From positions 64,001 to 128,000 of the forward strand of contig JAHQWG010000016.1 in assembly GCA_029856045.1 (NCBI GenBank): a stretch of 64,000 nucleotides of DNA. Reading direction: 5' to 3'. This document shows positions 59,686 to 64,000 of this stretch, piece by piece. The first letter of the stretch is position 1. Each line of letters starts with the position of its first letter. The DNA is from Promethearchaeia archaeon. Its GTDB lineage: Archaea; Asgardarchaeota; Lokiarchaeia; Sigyniarchaeales; SOKP01. A program made the translations under genes and the position numbers. The notes beneath the pieces are model-generated. The model made no database searches and had not been told where the DNA came from. It worked only from the letters and a program-made list of their open reading frames with translations.

Positions 59686-60111
59686 TCAACTTTCTTGGAG
59701 CAACCAAAAATAAAGAATTAATACAATAATCCCTAGACTTGAGAAAAGAAATACCCAACCATTTCTTATGGATTGAATTAATGATATTATTATGAGGATC
59801 GTGAGTTTTTTCCAACCAAGTACTTTTCCGTTTATTTCTTCTACATTACCTATTGCAACACTAAAAAACAAGAAAAATAGTATAATTGTAATAGTTTTAA
59901 TTGAAATATCAACAATATCTAGGAAAAGATTTTGATTCATAAAAATAGTTACTATCCCCGAATTGAATAATATGGAAACAACAAAGAATATACCAGCTAG
60001 ATAAAACGAATTAACTCCCGATTTTATTATAAATTCATCTGTTGATAATATTTTCTCAGGTTTTTGTTTTTCTACGGTTTCTTTTTCGGGAATTTTTTTA
60101 TATTTTGACGT
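59686..60111 (-). CDS. Membrane protein (apparent ACG start; extends track ORF 59686..59940)
   Basis: The frame is open for 57 codons upstream of ATG 59940, including a TM helix; it begins TAA-ACG after AGGAGGAG. Confidence 0.65.
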   Translation of the reverse strand, partial: TSKYKKIPEKETVEKQKPEKILSTDEFIIKSGVNSFYLAGIFFVVSILFNSGIVTIFMNQNLFLDIVDISIKTITIILFFLFFSVAIGNVEEINGKVLGWKKLTILIIISLIQSIRNGWVFLFSSLGIIVLILYFWLLQES

Positions 60112-60948
60112 TTATCTACTCCTCCTTTTATGTTTGCTTTTAGTTTTAAAGATATAAAAACCAAAATAACTATAAATAATCCCTGCACTAATAAAAAAAA
60201 TTATTGTAAAAACATTTATTGTTAATTCTAATAGATCTAAAGGTAATTCTTCAGATTCTTCGAACAAACCAATCGTTATTTTTAGAGTTGCAGATTCTTT
60301 TAAAATAGAGCTTGAGCTATTATAATTGGGATTATCTCCATATATGAATTTAATTGCATAAGTTTGTGAGACATTCAATAAAACATCCTGCTTATCTGTA
60401 TTATTTTCATTGAATTTTATTTCAAATTCATATTTAGTCTTCTTCTCATCAAGCTTACAGGAGCCATTTCCATTTATATTAGTATCTAGAATATAATTGG
60501 TCCCACTAACTATATTAAAATCAAAAAATGACGTATTATGAAGTGATAAACTGTCCAAATTATAGTTTTGAACAATTTTCGCGTCTAAAAATTCTGTTTC
60601 ATTTTCATCTGAAGAATTGCAAAGAATTATTCCTAAAAATTCATTGGAAGGATGGATTTCTAACTCAATACTAATTGCTATATATAGTGATGAATTAGAT
60701 TTATTATGACAAACCCAAATTTCAATAGGAAGATCATCAATAACTCCTTCTGTACTATTTGCATTCATCCATTCATTTTCTTTAGATGAAAAATTTCCAT
60801 CAATAATTGGTGGCATTGTTTCAATTGAGGTTAAAATATCATCATTAAAACCAGCTCCAACAAATTTTGGATAAGAATTTAGAGAATAACTAATTAAGAC
60901 AAGAATAATAAATGCAAGAAATATTTTTACACTATTAATTTTCTTCAC
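60112..60948 (-). CDS. Secreted, C-terminally anchored beta-sandwich protein (CBM9/DOMON-like)
   Basis: Signal peptide, PPIIDG..EW, YEFEI, C-terminal TM helix with basic tail. Confidence 0.6.
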   Translation of the reverse strand: MKKINSVKIFLAFIILVLISYSLNSYPKFVGAGFNDDILTSIETMPPIIDGNFSSKENEWMNANSTEGVIDDLPIEIWVCHNKSNSSLYIAISIELEIHPSNEFLGIILCNSSDENETEFLDAKIVQNYNLDSLSLHNTSFFDFNIVSGTNYILDTNINGNGSCKLDEKKTKYEFEIKFNENNTDKQDVLLNVSQTYAIKFIYGDNPNYNSSSSILKESATLKITIGLFEESEELPLDLLELTINVFTIIFFISAGIIYSYFGFYIFKTKSKHKRRSR

Positions 60949-61116
60949 AAGAGTCGAACCAATTTATTTCAACATTATTAAATATAATATTAGATTATAG
61001 TGAAAAATACATTTTAAATAGATACTAAAGTAGTAAAAATCAACATCACTCACTATGATAAAGATTTTTTAGTTAAAATATATAAGAGAATATAAGAAAA
61101 GAGAAAAACCTTCTTT

Positions 61117-61560
61117 TTAAAGAAAATTTGGGAGCAGAACTAGATTTGCCCACTTGCTAGGGTACGCTATAAAGTAATTTAATAATTTCTTAATAGTTTT
61201 ATCTGATTCCTTTCTAGAATTTAGATAGTTTGCAAATTGTTTTGGACCTATTGCAACCAGTAATCCATCTAGATTTTTTTCTCTTTTAAACAAGAGCCAA
61301 ATTGGTTTTTGATTTTCCAATTCTTTTATTAATAAAAAAAGCCATGGATTGTTTGTCCAATCAGATCCATCTGGTCCAGAAACTTTATTAATTGCTTTCC
61401 CCGTAATATATTTTGGGTTATCTTTTATTTGTTTAATTAATTCATTAAAATACTTTCGTTTGATGGTTATATATTCATTGAATATTGATGCGCAATCATA
61501 TAAATCTAACTGATCATTGGTTCCATCAGAAAAATTAATCCCAATTTTCCATATCTTCAT
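61117..61560 (-). CDS. Hypothetical protein
   Basis: ORF in operon orientation; no recognised motif. Confidence 0.55.
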   Translation of the reverse strand: MKIWKIGINFSDGTNDQLDLYDCASIFNEYITIKRKYFNELIKQIKDNPKYITGKAINKVSGPDGSDWTNNPWLFLLIKELENQKPIWLLFKREKNLDGLLVAIGPKQFANYLNSRKESDKTIKKLLNYFIAYPSKWANLVLLPNFL

Positions 61561-61600
61561 TAAAGTTTATTTATTCTGATTAAATTTTTTTTATACATTT

Positions 61601-62017
61601 TTAGTAATTTATTTTCTCAATTAATAATTTATAAATTCCTTCTATGTCTTTAATTTCTTTTTCCAAAATACTTTGATCAATTTCTTTAGGGTTTAAATAT
61701 ATTTCTTGAATTATTTCATCTTTTTTTAATGATACTCCGGAGGTATGAATAATATTAAATTTTTTGAGAATTTCAAATATTTTTAATGTGTTTTCACTGG
61801 AAAAGTTAATTCCATAAGTTGTTATTTTTATGACAGTATCATTTTGGACTGGATAAACCATATATTTTATAAATTTTTTTGAAATAGTTCGTATTATTAA
61901 AATACTACTTTTATTTTTTAAACTTTGCAAGGTGGATTTTGAAATATCGATTTTTAATGAAAAATCATCATTAATTTTCTTCAAAAATGCGGTAGTTAAT
62001 TGTTTTTTTTCATTCAT
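61601..62017 (-). CDS. Hypothetical protein, possible C-terminal ACT-like domain
   Basis: Overlaps the Rpp14 stop; IIHTSG motif. Confidence 0.5.
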   Translation of the reverse strand: MNEKKQLTTAFLKKINDDFSLKIDISKSTLQSLKNKSSILIIRTISKKFIKYMVYPVQNDTVIKITTYGINFSSENTLKIFEILKKFNIIHTSGVSLKKDEIIQEIYLNPKEIDQSILEKEIKDIEGIYKLLIEKINY

Positions 62018-62369
62018 ATTTTAAAGAAGCATTTTTTTCTAAGTGAAAGTTTTTTAAAATTTTTCTTAATTTTTTTATTGTTCCGCTTGTTTTTATTGGA
62101 TAAATAGATATTCGAGAATTCTGAAAATATCGTATCATTCCTAATGAAGTGATTACAATTTCTTTTGATGTATGAGCAAATCTTAAGATACCCCATCGTT
62201 CTTCTAAATTAAATTTAACTAGCCATAATCCGATTTTACTTGTCTCTTTTACGCCAAAATATCTAAATAAATTATTCCAAATGAGATTGATAATAGATTT
62301 TCCATCAATTGTTAGATCTTTTTCAATAATATAATAAAATAAAATATATCGCTGTCTTTCAAATTTCAA
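62010..62369 (-). CDS. rnp2: Ribonuclease P protein component 2 (Rpp14/Pop5)
   Basis: RQRYILF, YFG, GILR, TSGTIKKL. Confidence 0.9.
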   Translation of the reverse strand: MKFERQRYILFYYIIEKDLTIDGKSIINLIWNNLFRYFGVKETSKIGLWLVKFNLEERWGILRFAHTSKEIVITSLGMIRYFQNSRISIYPIKTSGTIKKLRKILKNFHLEKNASLKYE

Positions 62370-62391
62370 TTTTCATTTAACTCCAAATTAC

Positions 62392-63105
62392 TTATTTTAT
62401 TATTTTAACTCCATTTTCAACTATGTTTGGATCAATTTTTTTATTCAATTTTTGTATTAATTTGGATGGATTATCTTTTAAAGCTAATTTAGCGTTAGTA
62501 AAACTCATATCTAAAAGTGTCTGGCAAATACTTATTAATACTCTTGGGGATTTGTAATCAAGAAAACTTAAAAAATTTCCACTAATGAAATAATTGACTT
62601 TTTTAACTAAGGTCATTCGCAATGCAGAGAAAATAATACGAATATTTTTAGATTGAGTATATTTATTTTCATTAAAAATCGGAGCAAAAGAAAATTCAAT
62701 AAAAGAATTATACTGCTTGGAAAGGGATAATACCCCAGGAGTTAATGTTTTTGCAATAATTGGATTAGAGAAAGAAACAACATCAATTCTAGTATCTCTT
62801 GCACAAAAAATTTGTATCTCTTTATTTTCAGATTCCACTGATAAAATATGTGAAAAATTATTATACTTTTTGATTAATTTTTTTAACTCTGTAATATTTT
62901 TTGGTTTAAGATTTATTCTGAAATAGACATTAAGATCGATTGCTTTTCTTATTTTTTCTAATAATTTTTTTGGCAATTTTTCAATATTATTTACTGGTTC
63001 TATGATAACATTTTTAAAATCCAATTCTCCAAGAAATTTGAGTCTATTTATGATATCATCATATTTTTCAATGTCTACCGGGACTCTTGATTCAAAAAAC
63101 CCCAT
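62392..63105 (-). CDS. rnp3: Ribonuclease P protein component 3 (Rpp30)
   Basis: RIDVV, IEFSF, ISG......KSPR; located between rpl15e and Rpp14. Confidence 0.85.
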   Translation of the reverse strand: MGFFESRVPVDIEKYDDIINRLKFLGELDFKNVIIEPVNNIEKLPKKLLEKIRKAIDLNVYFRINLKPKNITELKKLIKKYNNFSHILSVESENKEIQIFCARDTRIDVVSFSNPIIAKTLTPGVLSLSKQYNSFIEFSFAPIFNENKYTQSKNIRIIFSALRMTLVKKVNYFISGNFLSFLDYKSPRVLISICQTLLDMSFTNAKLALKDNPSKLIQKLNKKIDPNIVENGVKIIK

Positions 63106-63328
63106 TTATTATTAAACTCCTTTATTATGAAACATCTTCTAAAAATTTAATATTATTTTCAAAATTTTTATTTTATGTGATAAATTTTGTTATTGAGCTT
63201 GATTAATATATAATTCGTAAAAAGATAGGTCGATATATAAATTCACTTTAAATTATGCATCAATAATTATAGATTATAAACATAAGGATTTAAAAGATTA
63301 AAACTAAATGAATGATACTTAAAGTAAT

Positions 63329-63913
63329 TTATTTTCCACGTCCTTTATTTGCTCTGATGCTTGGGCGGGTTTTTTCAGAACCCCATCCTTTCTTATGCAA
63401 ACCTCTACCCCGTTTTCCTGCAGAAGTCAATCCTCTAAAGACTCTCTTCTTATGTTGTTGATGTACAATCCAATTTATATTTGGATCTAAGATAATCCTT
63501 GGATGAAGTGGATCAACAAATATCACTTCATAATACCACGATTTTCCGTCATCATACACTTTATATGAATTTAAGACTTCAAGATTTGGATATTTTTTCT
63601 GTGCTCTTTCTTCGGCAATTCTTTGTAAGTTTTTCCCAGGAGTAATTTTTGAGACACCCATAGCCCTTGGTTTTCGGCCCATTTTTGGTCTAGATTTACG
63701 TCTACTACCCTTTCGGATTCTCGAGCGAACGATACAATATCCTTGTTTTGCTTTATAACCTAATTCCCTCGCCCTATATAATTTAGTTGGTTTTTCTATG
63801 CGTTCGACTGATCTACCCTTTCTATATTTTATACCTCTATGCCAATAGTCCGTATCATGTCCAGTTTCGATATTCTGAAAAGTCTCCTTAATGAATCTAT
63901 ATCCTGACTTCAA
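63329..63913 (-). CDS. rpl15e: 50S ribosomal protein L15e
   Basis: ARELGYKAKQG, IAEERA, NLEVLNSY, FRGLTSAG. Confidence 0.97.
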   Translation of the reverse strand: MKSGYRFIKETFQNIETGHDTDYWHRGIKYRKGRSVERIEKPTKLYRARELGYKAKQGYCIVRSRIRKGSRRKSRPKMGRKPRAMGVSKITPGKNLQRIAEERAQKKYPNLEVLNSYKVYDDGKSWYYEVIFVDPLHPRIILDPNINWIVHQQHKKRVFRGLTSAGKRGRGLHKKGWGSEKTRPSIRANKGRGK

Positions 63914-64000
63914 ACATGTTTCACTTAATTCTAATGTAATTGTTAAAAAATTTCATAAGTTAAAAATTTTGTTTCTCAAAAAATTAAGGTAAATGATCAA

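Noticed and set aside
3472-62926. Numerous 60-130 aa ORFs antisense or out of frame within long genes (e.g. 3472..3786, 17380..17721, 29240..29512, 35367..35708, 48139..48441)
   Set aside because: Shadow ORFs of AT-rich coding strands, with no motifs.

Overview
AT-rich archaeal chromosome segment. Gene content (Roadblock/LC7, Rab/Arf-like GTPase fragments, EMC6-like and HEAT proteins, archaeal information-processing genes) points to an Asgard archaeon, most likely Lokiarchaeia; this is inference, not a database match. The backbone carries GINS, pyrE, top6A/B, coaBC, a geranylgeranyl reductase, valS, smc-scpA-scpB, an adk6-tgtA-DUF371-trm5 operon, trpB2, pyrI, rqcH, RNase P subunits and rpl15e, plus three tRNAs (Ala-CGC; Ile-GAT with an intron inside the anticodon; Arg-TCT with two non-canonical introns). 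Two accessory regions stand out. (1) A ~7.5 kb integrase-less element sits inside coaBC, supplies a recoded replacement 3' end, and encodes a pilin-like membrane protein, a membrane-anchored HerA/VirB4-type ATPase and a repeat-array nuclease-like protein. (2) Two stacked cassettes lie at tRNA-Ala, bounded by tRNA 3'-end copies and covarying 21-bp palindromes. Other highlights: an unannotated Trp-rich leader ORF upstream of trpB2 (candidate archaeal attenuator), an SMC with no recognisable hinge, and two genes that appear to start at ACG. No CRISPR array or rRNA was seen.
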